Part shown: piece after piece, positions 20,114-30,190 of the stretch
Layout of the letters: each line of letters begins with the position of its first letter
How positions within the stretch are numbered: position 1 is the stretch's first letter
DNA from: an uncultured Chloroflexia bacterium
Lineage (GTDB): Bacteria > Chloroflexota > Anaerolineae > Anaerolineales > UBA11858
Assembly: GCA_963712165.1 (NCBI GenBank)
Contig: CAVQGY010000002.1
Location: 618,795 to 682,794 of the forward strand
Direction of reading: 5' to 3'
DNA: 64,000 nucleotides
Position numbers and translations under genes: made by a program
Notes under the pieces: model-generated
Database searches by the model: none
Told to the model about the DNA's origin: nothing
The model's input: the letters and a program-made list of their open reading frames with translations, nothing else

Positions 20114-20770
20114 TTAATCCGCAAGCCCAACCTCGCGAGCAAGATCATCATAAAATGCGATCTGAGCTTCTATCCTCTCTTTAGCCCAAAATCCTGAAAT
20201 GTCGAAATAAAAAGAATCGGGAAGATCAGTAAATTTCTTTGTATTATCTTTACCAAACTGGGCTATCTCGCGGAATCCCATGATCTTGTCGGGAAATGCA
20301 GGAATACCACACATGAATGCAGCAATACTGACTGCACCTACCTTGGACAATTTATCTGCATCCCAGAGAATTCGTGCATCTTCCGCATCTTCGGGAATAG
20401 TTCTAGGTGGATTAGAATGATTAGCCACGCAATAACATACTGCTTCTACTTTGTCTTCTGGGAAACCGAGCGAGGCGAGATGCTCGCGTGCCCATTGTTC
20501 GGCTTCAGCAGGATGATTATTGTCCTGGTATTGTGGCTGAAACCGATCATGGATCCATACCGAAGCAATAACAACTTCCTCGTCTCCGCCAACTAATTCC
20601 ATCAATCGTGTAGCATCTCTTTCTACCTGCAAGACATGCTCAAGCCGATAATTGAAATATGGGGGATTGTCAGGTGTAGAGCCAGGCCAATGGCTATGAG
20701 CGGCTTCTCGTGTGATCGATTCCAAATCAGATCGCAAGATTGCTAGCCATTCACTGGTTATACTTCTCAT
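20114..20770 (-). CDS. HD domain protein
   Basis: EH..V, WIHD, ILWDADKL. Confidence 0.85.
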   Translation of the reverse strand: MRSITSEWLAILRSDLESITREAAHSHWPGSTPDNPPYFNYRLEHVLQVERDATRLMELVGGDEEVVIASVWIHDRFQPQYQDNNHPAEAEQWAREHLASLGFPEDKVEAVCYCVANHSNPPRTIPEDAEDARILWDADKLSKVGAVSIAAFMCGIPAFPDKIMGFREIAQFGKDNTKKFTDLPDSFYFDISGFWAKERIEAQIAFYDDLAREVGLAD

Positions 20771-20814
20771 GCCTGTTCCTTGATTCGACTATAAAAAGAT
20801 GAATATAGAATTCT

Positions 20815-20951
20815 ACCTAACGGATGAGCTCACCCGCAGCCACATAATTAGTATAAAGCAAAAAGTCAGCAGGTCTTGTTATTAAAGATTTATTACACAT
20901 CGCTTTTAATGGCCACCGCGACTTGGCTGTCGGGTGGAGCGTGGGTTATGT
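20815..20951 (-). repeat. attC
   Basis: Canonical arms, no insertion. Confidence 0.9.
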
Positions 20952-21335
20952 ACTCGATCTAGATTCACTTTCATAACTATCAGATACAAGATGAAAGTGA
21001 AGTTGATCAACTTCTTGGGCATTGCCACCATTAGCAATTAAACGATATCCAAAACTATCTAGGCCAAACCTCTGAACCAGCTCTTTTACAGCCTCAAATA
21101 AGCCAGATTCAAATCCAGAGTCATCTGATGGCAAGTCCATTAATGATCTGAACTTGGCTTTTGGAACGATAAGAATATGGAGTGGATATGATGGAGATGG
21201 ATGATAGAAAGCAATCAGTGTATTGGTCTCAATCAGTTTCTCGCCCGGGATCGCAAAACTAAAATAAGCAATGATCCAGTGTAGGATCAAGCCGCCTAAC
21301 CAGGTTTTAGCGATCGAATACAGGAAACGGTTCAT
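20946..21335 (-). CDS. HIT domain protein
   Basis: HILIVPK, GYRLIANGG..QEV.QLHFHLV. Confidence 0.85.
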   Translation of the reverse strand: MNRFLYSIAKTWLGGLILHWIIAYFSFAIPGEKLIETNTLIAFYHPSPSYPLHILIVPKAKFRSLMDLPSDDSGFESGLFEAVKELVQRFGLDSFGYRLIANGGNAQEVDQLHFHLVSDSYESESRSST

Positions 21336-21360
21336 GTTTTTAGAGAGTTAAGCCTAATGT

Positions 21361-21470
21361 ACATAACGGATGAGCTCAGCGGCTCTTAGCGGACCCCGAG
21401 CACTTCGCTTCTCTCTGCATAAACTCCGCCGAGGGGGCAGGCGAAGAGTCAGGTTGAGCGGGGGTTATGT
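21361..21470 (-). repeat. attC with expanded loop
   Basis: ACATAACGGATGAGCTC...GTCAGGTTGAGCGGGGGTTATGT. Confidence 0.8.
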
Positions 21471-22448
21471 TGCTTCATGTGTTCTAGAGCGTTTAAGAAT
21501 TTTCTGTGCTGCTAATGTGACCCATCTTGACGGGTCCTTCTTTTGTCCGAATTCCCAAGTTTTCCAATCCATCCAAATTGATCCAGCTGTAAATCTGCCA
21601 ATTTCATCAGCCTTTTGATTTATCACTTCAATCATTTCGTGCAATCGGTGGTCTTCCAGTGTCCAAGGTATTTGCGTCAATACGTCCGCGACATGTAATA
21701 TGTCGTACCAAATCAATGGTGCTTTCATTTTAGAAAAATCTGTTCCCATCGCAAATAAATAGGGACGCCTTTCTTTTCTCTGCTCCCAAAGGGATAATAT
21801 TGTTTCTACCCCGATTTTTACTGCTGGATTTTTATATTGATCAGGAAACTGTGTTAATAATTGCAGCATCACCAAAGTAGCATATGGACACGGGTCAGAT
21901 ATCCTTCCAGGCCCCCTGAATTTTCCCAAAACTGGAGAAACAGAGCATGGCCATCCATTGTCTCTATGCAATTCAACAAGATAATTGACTGCATTCTGAA
22001 CTTGGGTTGTCTTTCCTTCTCCGAATTTCACTAGAGAATACGCAACTAATGGTGCATCACAAAGCATCCATGCATACTGATCTTCTCCTGTTCCACCATA
22101 TCCAGGTTTAATATTTACTAATACCTGGAACTGGTTTTCGGGTGATTGATATTGTTTTATACGCTTGATGATTTTGGCAATTCCGGGATCATTTGCCTTC
22201 AATCCAATATCTGCCAGAAAGCCAAGTTTATGTAGATGATGGCCAGCCTTTTTATGTGATTTCAAGATTGGACCGGGCCAATCTGATAATTCGGTTATTA
22301 AGTTTTGGATTTCGGGATTGGATAAGGTTGCATTATATGCATTTATTACTTGGGGTTCGTTTTCTGCCTGATCAAGCAAATCTAGACGCGTGCGATATTC
22401 TATCCAGGGTTCTCCATCTAATAACCAACTGATCAATTCTTCATTCAT
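21465..22448 (-). CDS. hypothetical protein, prenyltransferase-like alpha/alpha fold
   Basis: ISWLL.GEPWIEY, DNGWPC, PSRWVT pattern. Confidence 0.7.
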   Translation of the reverse strand: MNEELISWLLDGEPWIEYRTRLDLLDQAENEPQVINAYNATLSNPEIQNLITELSDWPGPILKSHKKAGHHLHKLGFLADIGLKANDPGIAKIIKRIKQYQSPENQFQVLVNIKPGYGGTGEDQYAWMLCDAPLVAYSLVKFGEGKTTQVQNAVNYLVELHRDNGWPCSVSPVLGKFRGPGRISDPCPYATLVMLQLLTQFPDQYKNPAVKIGVETILSLWEQRKERRPYLFAMGTDFSKMKAPLIWYDILHVADVLTQIPWTLEDHRLHEMIEVINQKADEIGRFTAGSIWMDWKTWEFGQKKDPSRWVTLAAQKILKRSRTHEAT

Positions 22449-22486
22449 TAATTCTCGTCCTTTTGACAGGAAAAATCCTTATAGCA

Positions 22487-22721
22487 ACATAACGGATGAG
22501 CTCACTTGTCCTGAGGCACGAAGGGTTGCGAAGCATCTACCCTGCGGGTAAGGGCACCCGCATCCGGGTCCAATTTTCAATTTTCAATTTTCAATCTCCA
22601 ATTCATCCCGGCTGTCAGGTGGTCCCTCCTTCGCCCTTCGATTCTGACCCCATCATCCCTCCCTTTGTTGTAGCTCAGGGCAGGCAGGGTGAACCTGGCC
22701 GAAGGGGAGCGCAGGTTAGGC
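22487..22721 (-). repeat. expanded attC, inserts in both L boxes
   Basis: Left insert as 18055, TTTTCAA loop, right nested insert. Confidence 0.85.
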
Positions 22722-22732
22722 GGTATCTTTAA

Positions 22733-23245
22733 TCATTCTTCTTTATCAAAAAACAATTCCTTAATCGGTGGACCATCATCAATCAGAACCAGCTGATTAT
22801 TTCGTATTTCTACGCGATCAACAAATAATAAATCTTGAATAAATTGAGAGCTATCATACTTCGTAACTAAAACCCTGGAATAATCAGAGATCTGTTTATA
22901 TCCTTTTGGACAGCTTTCTAAAGAGGATTCGATTCTAGTAATATCAAGCCTGCCTCTTGGTCCCAACTTTAAATCGCCATGATAAGTATTGCATCCATCA
23001 TAACCATATATTGATTCGGGTTGAAAGATCACAGATTGTTCGTTCCAATAATAGACAATATCAATATTCGATTCCTGATCAATACTTGGTGCTCGTTTTC
23101 CATCCACCAAAACACTGGCTAGCTTCCATTCACCCTCCAAGGAGTTCCTGTACATAATTTGATCATTAAAAACGAAAATATATATTCCGATGGAAAATAT
23201 TGCTGCTGCGATAATTCCTAAGAGAATATACAAACGCTTTTTCAT
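22733..23245 (-). CDS. META domain protein
   Basis: W.L.S, GYDGCNTY.G, S.L..C. Confidence 0.75.
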   Translation of the reverse strand: MKKRLYILLGIIAAAIFSIGIYIFVFNDQIMYRNSLEGEWKLASVLVDGKRAPSIDQESNIDIVYYWNEQSVIFQPESIYGYDGCNTYHGDLKLGPRGRLDITRIESSLESCPKGYKQISDYSRVLVTKYDSSQFIQDLLFVDRVEIRNNQLVLIDDGPPIKELFFDKEE

Positions 23246-23255
23246 GAATATATTC

Positions 23256-23463
23256 GCCTAACGGATGAGCTAACTTGGCGCCGGGCCAATTTTTAATTTT
23301 CAATTTTCAATCTTCAATTCATCCCGGCTGTAGGGTGGTCCCTCCTGAGCCCTTCGTCTCTGACTCCATCATCGCTCACTTTGTTATAACTCAGGGCAGG
23401 CAGGGTAAACCTGGCCGAAGGGGACCCTCCTGAGCGAAGTCGAAGAGGAGCTGGGGGTTACGG
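23256..23463 (-). repeat. expanded attC with nested insertion
   Basis: Right L box carries nested insert plus GACCCTCCTGAGCGAAGTCGAAGA. Confidence 0.8.
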
Positions 23464-23491
23464 TGCATATAAAAATAATAACTTATGGTTC

Positions 23492-24190
23492 TCAAAATGC
23501 TTGATTGTATCGTTGCCTAAGTTCTTCCTCAGAGATCAAAGGTCGACTGATCATTTCAAGAGATTTGTGGTTCAAAACACCTTTTTGGATAAATTCGCTG
23601 CCAATCTTTCTTAATTCTTCCAAAATCTCTTCCCCGTCATTGGTGTATTGACCTTCCTGCTTCATAGCAAATGCATGGGGTCTGAGAACTGCCCCACTGA
23701 ATTCCACGCTTGCATTTTCGGCTAGTTCTTCAACGATGCGAACTACAGTGCTCATGTTTTCCTTTTCCCACCAGCCACCGGTTGATACTAAAACGAGCTT
23801 CTTAATGTTCACTCCCGGCCGAAAACGGGCTCTTGTGCGATCTTGGCGAAACTCAAGATAAGGTTCCACTAATGGACATAGACGATTGATAAAATTTTGC
23901 ATGGCGCCAGGAAGTGGGATGTAAACAGGTGTGGCAATGATGAGAATAGCAGCTTCCTTTAATTTTGGGTAGAGTATTTGCATACCATCATCAAAGCAAC
24001 AATTTCCTGGGCTCTCGTACCAACAATACATACTCCCGCAAGAGCATGGTTTGATTTCTAATTTACTGGCATAGAATAATTCAACTTCTGCTCCAGCATC
24101 AGTTATGCCTTGAATGAAGGGAGAAAGGACCGCAGCTGTATTTCCCTTACCTTTTCGGGGACTCCCATTAATTGCCAATACTTTTACCAT
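23492..24190 (-). CDS. flavodoxin family protein (NADPH-dependent FMN reductase-like, Cys-rich)
   Basis: INGSPRKG.GNT, C.C...C, ATPVY. Confidence 0.9.
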   Translation of the reverse strand: MVKVLAINGSPRKGKGNTAAVLSPFIQGITDAGAEVELFYASKLEIKPCSCGSMYCWYESPGNCCFDDGMQILYPKLKEAAILIIATPVYIPLPGAMQNFINRLCPLVEPYLEFRQDRTRARFRPGVNIKKLVLVSTGGWWEKENMSTVVRIVEELAENASVEFSGAVLRPHAFAMKQEGQYTNDGEEILEELRKIGSEFIQKGVLNHKSLEMISRPLISEEELRQRYNQAF

Positions 24191-24223
24191 ATTAGCCTCC
24201 TTGGAGAGTTATATTACTTTTGC

Positions 24224-24338
24224 GCCAAACGGGTGAGCTCACCTGGCGCTGGGGCTAGCTGTCAATGATTATAGATGAAGAACCAATAATGGGGATTAAA
24301 GACCGGAGCCTGGCGTTCAGGCGCAGCGGGGGTTATGT
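24224..24338 (-). repeat. attC (divergent)
   Basis: GCCAAACGGGTGAGCTCACCTG...CAGGCGCAGCGGGGGTTATGT. Confidence 0.7.
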
Positions 24339-24347
24339 GCAAAATGC

Positions 24348-24926
24348 CTATGGATAAGGTCTAACCAGGTAGTATCCATAAGCGATGACTTCCCTGAATA
24401 TTGAGTAAATATCTCTAAGGCCAAAATAATATGCGTGAGCGGAGTAGACAGATCCCAAATCAAACTTACTACAAGCCAGTTTTATTCTTGGTATGTGGAA
24501 ATAGTTAGATATGACCATAACACTAGACAGATTATTTTTTTCCATGATCTGGAGGGAGTTCTCAACGGTCATGAAAGTATTCATCCCATTATTATCAACA
24601 AGTAAATTGGACTCGGGAATTCCTTGTGATACTAGGTAATCCTTCATGACTAAAGCTTCATTAAATCCTTCTTTTCCCAAACCACCACTCACAATAACCT
24701 TTTCAAAGTAGTTGGTGCTATATAGTTGAATAGTCCGGTTTAAGCGGGATAAGAGACGTGCAGATGGTTCCCCTGATGGCATTACTTTATTTCCGAAGAC
24801 TAATCCAACATCAGCTGGCCCTAACTCATCAGTGAGTCCATCCCATATGATTAATCCAGCTGATAAAGCAAACAAGATTGACGCAGCTAGAGTAATTACC
24901 TTGGCCTTCCTTTTCCAAGTTTTCAT
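24348..24926 (-). CDS. YdcF/SanA (DUF218) family protein
   Basis: VFG, IVSGG, EA..M, SNYFHIPR, RE. Confidence 0.88.
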   Translation of the reverse strand: MKTWKRKAKVITLAASILFALSAGLIIWDGLTDELGPADVGLVFGNKVMPSGEPSARLLSRLNRTIQLYSTNYFEKVIVSGGLGKEGFNEALVMKDYLVSQGIPESNLLVDNNGMNTFMTVENSLQIMEKNNLSSVMVISNYFHIPRIKLACSKFDLGSVYSAHAYYFGLRDIYSIFREVIAYGYYLVRPYP

Positions 24927-24933
24927 TTTTTTC

Positions 24934-25154
24934 TCCTAACGGATGAGCTTCGCGAAGCATCCTTTAGGGCACCTGCAGCCGGCTCCAATTTTTAATTTTC
25001 AACCTTCAATTCATCCCGGCTGTCTGGTGGTCCCTCCAGAGCCCTTCAACTCTGACCCCATCATCGCTCCCTTCGTTATAACTCAGGACAGGCGTGGCAA
25101 ACCTGGTCGAAGGGGACCCTCCTGAGCAAAGCCGAAGGTGAGCGTTGATTAGGA
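24934..25154 (-). repeat. expanded attC, inserts in both L boxes
   Basis: GAGCT[TCGCGAAGCATCCTTTAGGG]CACC... nested right insert; R'' mutated. Confidence 0.8.
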
Positions 25155-25430
25155 TGCCCCTCCATCTTGATTAAGCTCGACCCCAAGCTCAATTACAGCT
25201 TTAGTGGTCTCGTATTTGATTTGGGATGAAATAAAACCGAGGGTGAAAGCAACCAGAATGGGGGAAATCAAAAATAGCTCTAAACACTCAAGGCGACCCA
25301 GCATACCAAAAGCAAAAAAAGCAAGCAGAGAAAGAATGAGGATCGTTCCTGCTAGAAGCATATTCCGATGGGCTGTGCGGCGTCGAATCTCCAGGATCTC
25401 CAAATAGGATTTTAGTGAGGTTTCCTTCAT
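25149..25430 (-). CDS. small membrane protein
   Basis: 93 aa, two TM segments, GGAG RBS. Confidence 0.65.
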   Translation of the reverse strand: MKETSLKSYLEILEIRRRTAHRNMLLAGTILILSLLAFFAFGMLGRLECLELFLISPILVAFTLGFISSQIKYETTKAVIELGVELNQDGGAS

Positions 25431-25511
25431 GCTAATCTCCTTTTCAGCGCGAATCTAGAAATTATTCCCTGATCAGAATCACGAATATTATAAAACAAAA
25501 GGAATAAGGCA

Positions 25512-25675
25512 ACCTGCCGGATGGACTTCGTGAAGCATCTTTTCGGGCACCTGCTGCAGGCTTCAAGTAATCAGCAATCAGACTGCCCGGTCGGAAGCGA
25601 AGCTTCCCCCGGTCGTTCGCGCAGCGAACATCCTGCTGTCATCCGGAGCGTTGCGGAGGAGAGCGGGGGTTAGCA
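25512..25675 (-). repeat. attC with insertions, R' mutated
   Basis: GTCA[TCCGGAGCGTTGCGGAGGA]GAGCGGGGGTTAGCA. Confidence 0.7.
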
Positions 25676-25680
25676 ATTCC

Positions 25681-26229
25681 CTAATCAGGGAACCAGAATT
25701 TCCTACTAATAAATGGGGGATCTCTTTCAATTCGCAATAAGGCTAGATTGTCGAGCTGGAATTCGAAACTCGGCTTTTCTAGCGTGCTTAAGAATGACCA
25801 AACTAACTCAAACTTCTCAGAAGTTACACCTTTTGATGCCAATGTGACATGATAGTGTAAATCAATAGTATCAAATTCTGCCCAAGTAACCCAGTTGATC
25901 TTTCTCAAACCTTCAAATAATGATTCATGAATATCACGGATCCCTTGTGCCGGAGTGCAATCTATGAAAACAACATGATCGTTTGTGTGATCAAAAGAAC
26001 CAAAATCCAGTAGTTGCCATCTGGACTTTGAGTTGTTTACACAAACCTCTTGGACGACTTCTTCCACTATGGATATGTCTTCAACAAGAAAACCATATTT
26101 AAATGTGATGTGGGCAGGAACAGAGTGATTCATTTCTAGGTCGAAACGTTTTCCAATTTCATAACGTAGTTCGAAATAATAGTTGCTAACATCCTTTGGA
26201 AGAAGAGAAACTATCGCGACTTCAATCAT
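25681..26229 (-). CDS. 2'-5' RNA ligase (2H phosphoesterase) family protein
   Basis: Two HxT motifs: AHITF, YHVTL. Confidence 0.85.
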   Translation of the reverse strand: MIEVAIVSLLPKDVSNYYFELRYEIGKRFDLEMNHSVPAHITFKYGFLVEDISIVEEVVQEVCVNNSKSRWQLLDFGSFDHTNDHVVFIDCTPAQGIRDIHESLFEGLRKINWVTWAEFDTIDLHYHVTLASKGVTSEKFELVWSFLSTLEKPSFEFQLDNLALLRIERDPPFISRKFWFPD

Positions 26230-26249
26230 AGATTATCAGTTTGGGGAAT

Positions 26250-26426
26250 TGCTAACGGAAGAGCTCACCCGCAGCAGGATCTATATTCAGTATACAGTAT
26301 TCAGCGATCAAACTGCCCGGTGGGAAGCGAAGCTTCCCCTGGTCTTCGGTCTCTTTTCCCCGGTCGTTCGTGCAGCGAACATCCTGCTGTCATCCGGAGC
26401 GTTGCGGAGGAGAGCGGGGGTTATGC
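26250..26426 (-). repeat. attC with L-box insertion
   Basis: Same TCCGGAGCGTTGCGGAGGA insert as 25512-25675. Confidence 0.8.
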
Positions 26427-26515
26427 GGCATAGCATCGATCAAAGGACGAAGTCGGGATCCCCCGCAACGACCAGTTCGATACCTTTCTGAACCCATACT
26501 ACATCCTCTGATTCC

Positions 26516-27478
26516 TCAGTTCAACAGCACCTCGAGATTGGATTCAAACTCACTCAGATTCTCTGCTGGGTTGATGTCATAGTTCATAACATAGTTAGCG
26601 AACATCATTATTCGAGCCATGATGAAGGCATCAAGCTGCTGATCAGAAGCTATTGGCCAGGGCTAAATCACCTCGTAACCACTTCTGAAGGAATCGTAAA
26701 ACAATGAGAAATCATCTCTGAAACGCACGTGGTATAGCGCAGTCCCTAGATCTTGTTCTGGCCTTCCATAAGCGATATCCTCAAAATCATACATGTAAAT
26801 CTTCCCATGGTAAATCTTCAGGTTGCACGGATGAGGATCATTGTGGATGACAATGGGGGGGCAATCATTCCAGGCTTGATCGATGGCATGCTGCGATATA
26901 GAAGCACCGATTCTGAAGAGTTCCTGTCGTCTTGGAGGAAGAAGATTTGGATCCTTTCTGGAAAGAATGACTTCCTCATCCCAGTAGAAGACTCGATCGT
27001 TTCTCAGGATACTGAAGTCGAGGGTAGGCTTGAAATCCGCAGAAGCCTTGTGAAGCTCTGCAATACTCGTGCCTAGATAGCGATACGAGCGAGGTGAAAG
27101 ATCTCTCAGTTGCCTTCCAGGCACCCAGGAAATGAGGATAAAATGGGCAGTTTCAGGAAGCCAGAGGCTTTCGATTTTTGTGATGTATTCCCCCTCAGTA
27201 TTGGCAAATGGTGTCTCAATGGACAAAGGTGAATGCTGGCTGATATGTATCAGAAACTGCATCTCACCCTTGAGCTGAACATAATCGTGTTCGCTTGGGA
27301 TATGGAACTTTGCAGCGAAGATTCCTTGGTCAGATTTGATCCGAAACACCGGTCTCGAATTGTACGACACGAAACTGACAGAATCAATCTCGAGCGGATA
27401 TGCACCAAGCTTTTCGATGAGAACTCGGCGATACCTCTGAATTTTTCCCCGTGGTGTGAGCGATTCGAAATCTTTCAT
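26516..27478 (-). pseudogene. aminoglycoside/homoserine kinase-like phosphotransferase with in-frame TAG at 26663-65
   Basis: IHNDPHPCN, DFED; the frame continues PWPIASDQQLDAFIMAR... to TGA at 26516. Confidence 0.7.
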
Positions 27479-27490
27479 GGGTTCCTTTTT

Positions 27491-27588
27491 TCCTAACGTA
27501 TGAGCTCACCTGCAGCCGGGTCCAATTTTTAATTTTCAATTTTCAATCTTCAATTCATCCCAGCTGTCGGGTGGAGCGGGGGTTAGGG
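27491..27588 (-). repeat. attC (TTTTCAA-loop family)
   Basis: Canonical arms. Confidence 0.9.
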
Positions 27589-27590
27589 CA

Positions 27591-28088
27591 CTATTCCTGC
27601 TTCTGAAAACGCAAAATATACTCTAAATCATCAGGGGCATATTTCTTGAACAGCTCGATTGATCTATCCTCTAATACTCCTCCAAAATAGGTTTTTATGT
27701 GCCGGTTAATATAAGGATTGGTTTCAATGCTAAGACTTGACTGACCGATATTGTCGTGTAAAGAAAAGATGATATGGGGGATATCGGCCATAACCGTGGC
27801 TCCTAAACACATAGGGCAAGGTTCGACGGTTGTGAAGAGTATAGCTTTACGGTAATCCTTCCAAAGTTGTTCTCCCCCAGCCAACATCGCATTTAGTTCA
27901 GCATGGCTTAACTGACTCTTGACTTCGTTATGGCGAGCCCGCCCCCGCGAAATAACCTGATTATCGATGACAACAACGGCTCCGATTGGTATTTCTCCAG
28001 CCTGCCCAGCCAGCATGGCTTCATCGAGAGCTTGTTTCATGAACTCTTCCAAGTCGATTTCGGAGATTTCAGGATCAAGAAAATGCAT
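27591..28088 (-). CDS. TadA-like nucleoside deaminase
   Basis: GEIPIGAV, HAE, TVEPCPMC. Confidence 0.88.
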   Translation of the reverse strand: MHFLDPEISEIDLEEFMKQALDEAMLAGQAGEIPIGAVVVIDNQVISRGRARHNEVKSQLSHAELNAMLAGGEQLWKDYRKAILFTTVEPCPMCLGATVMADIPHIIFSLHDNIGQSSLSIETNPYINRHIKTYFGGVLEDRSIELFKKYAPDDLEYILRFQKQE

Positions 28089-28115
28089 AAATAACCTTGA
28101 AAATAAATGTAGTTG

Positions 28116-28242
28116 CCCTAACGGATGAGCTTCGCGAAGCATCCTGAACGCAGTGAAGGGCACCTGCAGCCGGGTCCAATTTTTAATTTTCAATTTTCAA
28201 TCTTCAATTCATCCCAGCTGTCGGGTGGAGCGGGGGTTAAGT
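28116..28242 (-). repeat. attC with L-box insertion
   Basis: GAGCT[TCGCGAAGCATCCTGAACGCAGTGAAGGG]CACC. Confidence 0.85.
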
Positions 28243-28252
28243 TTGGTCCGGT

Positions 28253-28558
28253 CTAGGCAATTGAATAAGAACGAACTTCTTGTTCTAAACGATCACCCAA
28301 CTCATCTTCGGCGACATCCAGATCATAATCACTTTGAAGACCCATCCAGAACTGAGCCGAGTTGCCAAAGAAGCGGGACAGCCGTAAGGACGTATCTGCT
28401 GTAACGCGCCTCTTACCCATCACGATTTCATTGATGCGGCGGGCATCAACACCAATGTTTATAGCCAGGCGGTTCTGGCTCAAATCCATCGGTTTGAGAA
28501 ACTCTTCCAATAACACTTCCCCTGGATGTACTGGTTTCAACTTTTTCTCAGTCATCAT
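28253..28558 (-). CDS. higA: HigA antitoxin
   Basis: HPGEVLLEEFL, RINEIV.GKR.VTADT.LRL, FWMGLQ. Confidence 0.92.
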   Translation of the reverse strand: MMTEKKLKPVHPGEVLLEEFLKPMDLSQNRLAINIGVDARRINEIVMGKRRVTADTSLRLSRFFGNSAQFWMGLQSDYDLDVAEDELGDRLEQEVRSYSIA

Positions 28559-28569
28559 ATACCTACCTT

Positions 28570-28851
28570 CTAATGATAATCAGTGATCTCAACGTTGTAT
28601 GCATCCCCATCAGCCCATTCAAAACAGATTCTCCACTGTTGGTTGATCCTGATACTGTGCTGCCCTGCTCGATCTCCCTTGAGCTTTTCCAATCGATTGG
28701 CAGGAGGGAGGCGAAGATCCTCAAGATCAATGGAGTTGTTGATCATTCGTAATTTTCGATAGGCCGTTTGCTGGATGGATTGAGGCAGCTTGCGCGAATG
28801 AAGCCGGGAGAAGATCCTTTCGGTTTCTTTGTCTTTGAACGACCTGATCAT
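28570..28851 (-). CDS. higB: HigB (RelE-like) toxin
   Basis: MIRSF, LRLPPANRLEKLKGDR.GQHSIRINQQWRICF, DYH. Confidence 0.92.
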   Translation of the reverse strand: MIRSFKDKETERIFSRLHSRKLPQSIQQTAYRKLRMINNSIDLEDLRLPPANRLEKLKGDRAGQHSIRINQQWRICFEWADGDAYNVEITDYH

Positions 28852-28857
28852 GAGTGA

Positions 28858-28886
28858 ATTATATAGCGTAACGCACTAAGCGTCAA
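28858..28886 (-). promoter_or_regulatory. higBA promoter TTGACG-N17-TATAAT
   Basis: cgtcaa 28881-86, attata 28858-63; ATG 7 nt downstream. Confidence 0.75.
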
Positions 28887-28921
28887 GCACAATACCACAG
28901 GAATAGAAGGAACAGGAATCA

Positions 28922-29046
28922 AACTAACGGATTGAGCTCACCCGCAGCCGGTTTTTCCCGGCCTCTTCACCCCGGTCCTCGGTCTCTTTATCCCGGTCGT
29001 GAACGCAGCGAACCATACCGGCTGTCGGGTGGAGCGGGGGTTAGGA
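28922..29046 (-). repeat. attC
   Basis: Canonical arms. Confidence 0.9.
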
Positions 29047-29069
29047 TGTAAATAATGACGACATTCTGT

Positions 29070-29423
29070 TTAGTTATTGCTCCAATCTGGTTTCCCTGAC
29101 CAGTCTGGATAATAGTAATCCGCCTTGACCCAACCGGTTGCACCATCAGAATTTACCCAATAAAAGATGATTCCATCATCTTTTTTCTTTGATGTCACTG
29201 TAGCATCACGACAACAACCAATACAAGTAGTTAAATATGCGCTGGTCTGTGAATTTATATATGGGGCTTTATAAACCCTAATTCCGCCTACCCTATCATT
29301 ATCACATAACCAACCCTTTTCATTGGTTGGGGTGATGCCCGTTGAACTATCTGTACTGCAGCTGATCAAGATTGCACTACTTATCAGCAAGAAGATAATG
29401 ATGACAATGCCCTCTTTTTTCAT
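29070..29423 (-). CDS. hypothetical lipoprotein (SH3-like C-terminus)
   Basis: Lipobox LISC, GWV motif, GGAGG RBS. Confidence 0.65.
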   Translation of the reverse strand: MKKEGIVIIIFLLISSAILISCSTDSSTGITPTNEKGWLCDNDRVGGIRVYKAPYINSQTSAYLTTCIGCCRDATVTSKKKDDGIIFYWVNSDGATGWVKADYYYPDWSGKPDWSNN

Positions 29424-29483
29424 CCACTCCTCCCTGTAGGTCTTTTTTAGAAATCAGTTGGTGGCATGTTCTCCTTATGTAGA

Positions 29484-29963
29484 TCAATCTTCAGTGTTCA
29501 TCTCTTTCAGTTCTTGAAGATACAGATCCAGGGTTTCCTCGTATATCAGTGCCTGATTACATCGATCATCAGAACCAATCATTGATTCATGGCCGGATAT
29601 CTCGGCGAGATATCCGGCATATTTGCCAAAATAACATTGTTCTGTAAACAAGGCGAAATTGAGGAGGGCTGAGTGCGCCTGGGAAGCAGAGAGGGGGAAA
29701 TCACATCCCTGTATTTCTTCTTTCAGCGCCATCATTTGCTTGATGATCGGTTCCAGGTCTTCTGTTGGCGTGGTCGCCGCTGCTGCCGCCAGGCCGTTCA
29801 CCTCATTTCTGAAATTATCGAACTCCCATATGGCCCGCTCACTTAAGGTCATTAACAAGGGATCTGGCGTGCTGGTTGGTCCCGTCTTGACTGATTCGCT
29901 ACAGGATGTGATTAATAATAGTCCGGCCAACAATATGATTGAGGATTTTGTCTTTGATTTCAT
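29484..29963 (-). CDS. hypothetical lipoprotein
   Basis: Lipobox ITSC, PTSTP linker. Confidence 0.65.
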   Translation of the reverse strand: MKSKTKSSIILLAGLLLITSCSESVKTGPTSTPDPLLMTLSERAIWEFDNFRNEVNGLAAAAATTPTEDLEPIIKQMMALKEEIQGCDFPLSASQAHSALLNFALFTEQCYFGKYAGYLAEISGHESMIGSDDRCNQALIYEETLDLYLQELKEMNTED

Positions 29964-30190
29964 CTTTTCTCTTGTATTACTTAATAGTATAAAGTAACAA
30001 AACTTGAGTGACTTAATAGAATATAAGCACTATGACCACGAATATAAAAAATATCGCGCCCCCAATAACCAAACAACTTGAATTTGGACCTCCACATCGC
30101 GGTTTCTGTAGATAAATTTTGGACATTATATTCTCTAGGAGACGTTATTCTATGAGCATCTCATATATAGGATTCTTCTTCCATCAATCA

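Noticed and set aside
26663-26665. In-frame TAG codons (here and near 36027) as pyrrolysine/amber readthrough
   Set aside because: Isolated cases in decaying cassettes; TAG is used as a normal stop elsewhere in the window; no pyl genes seen
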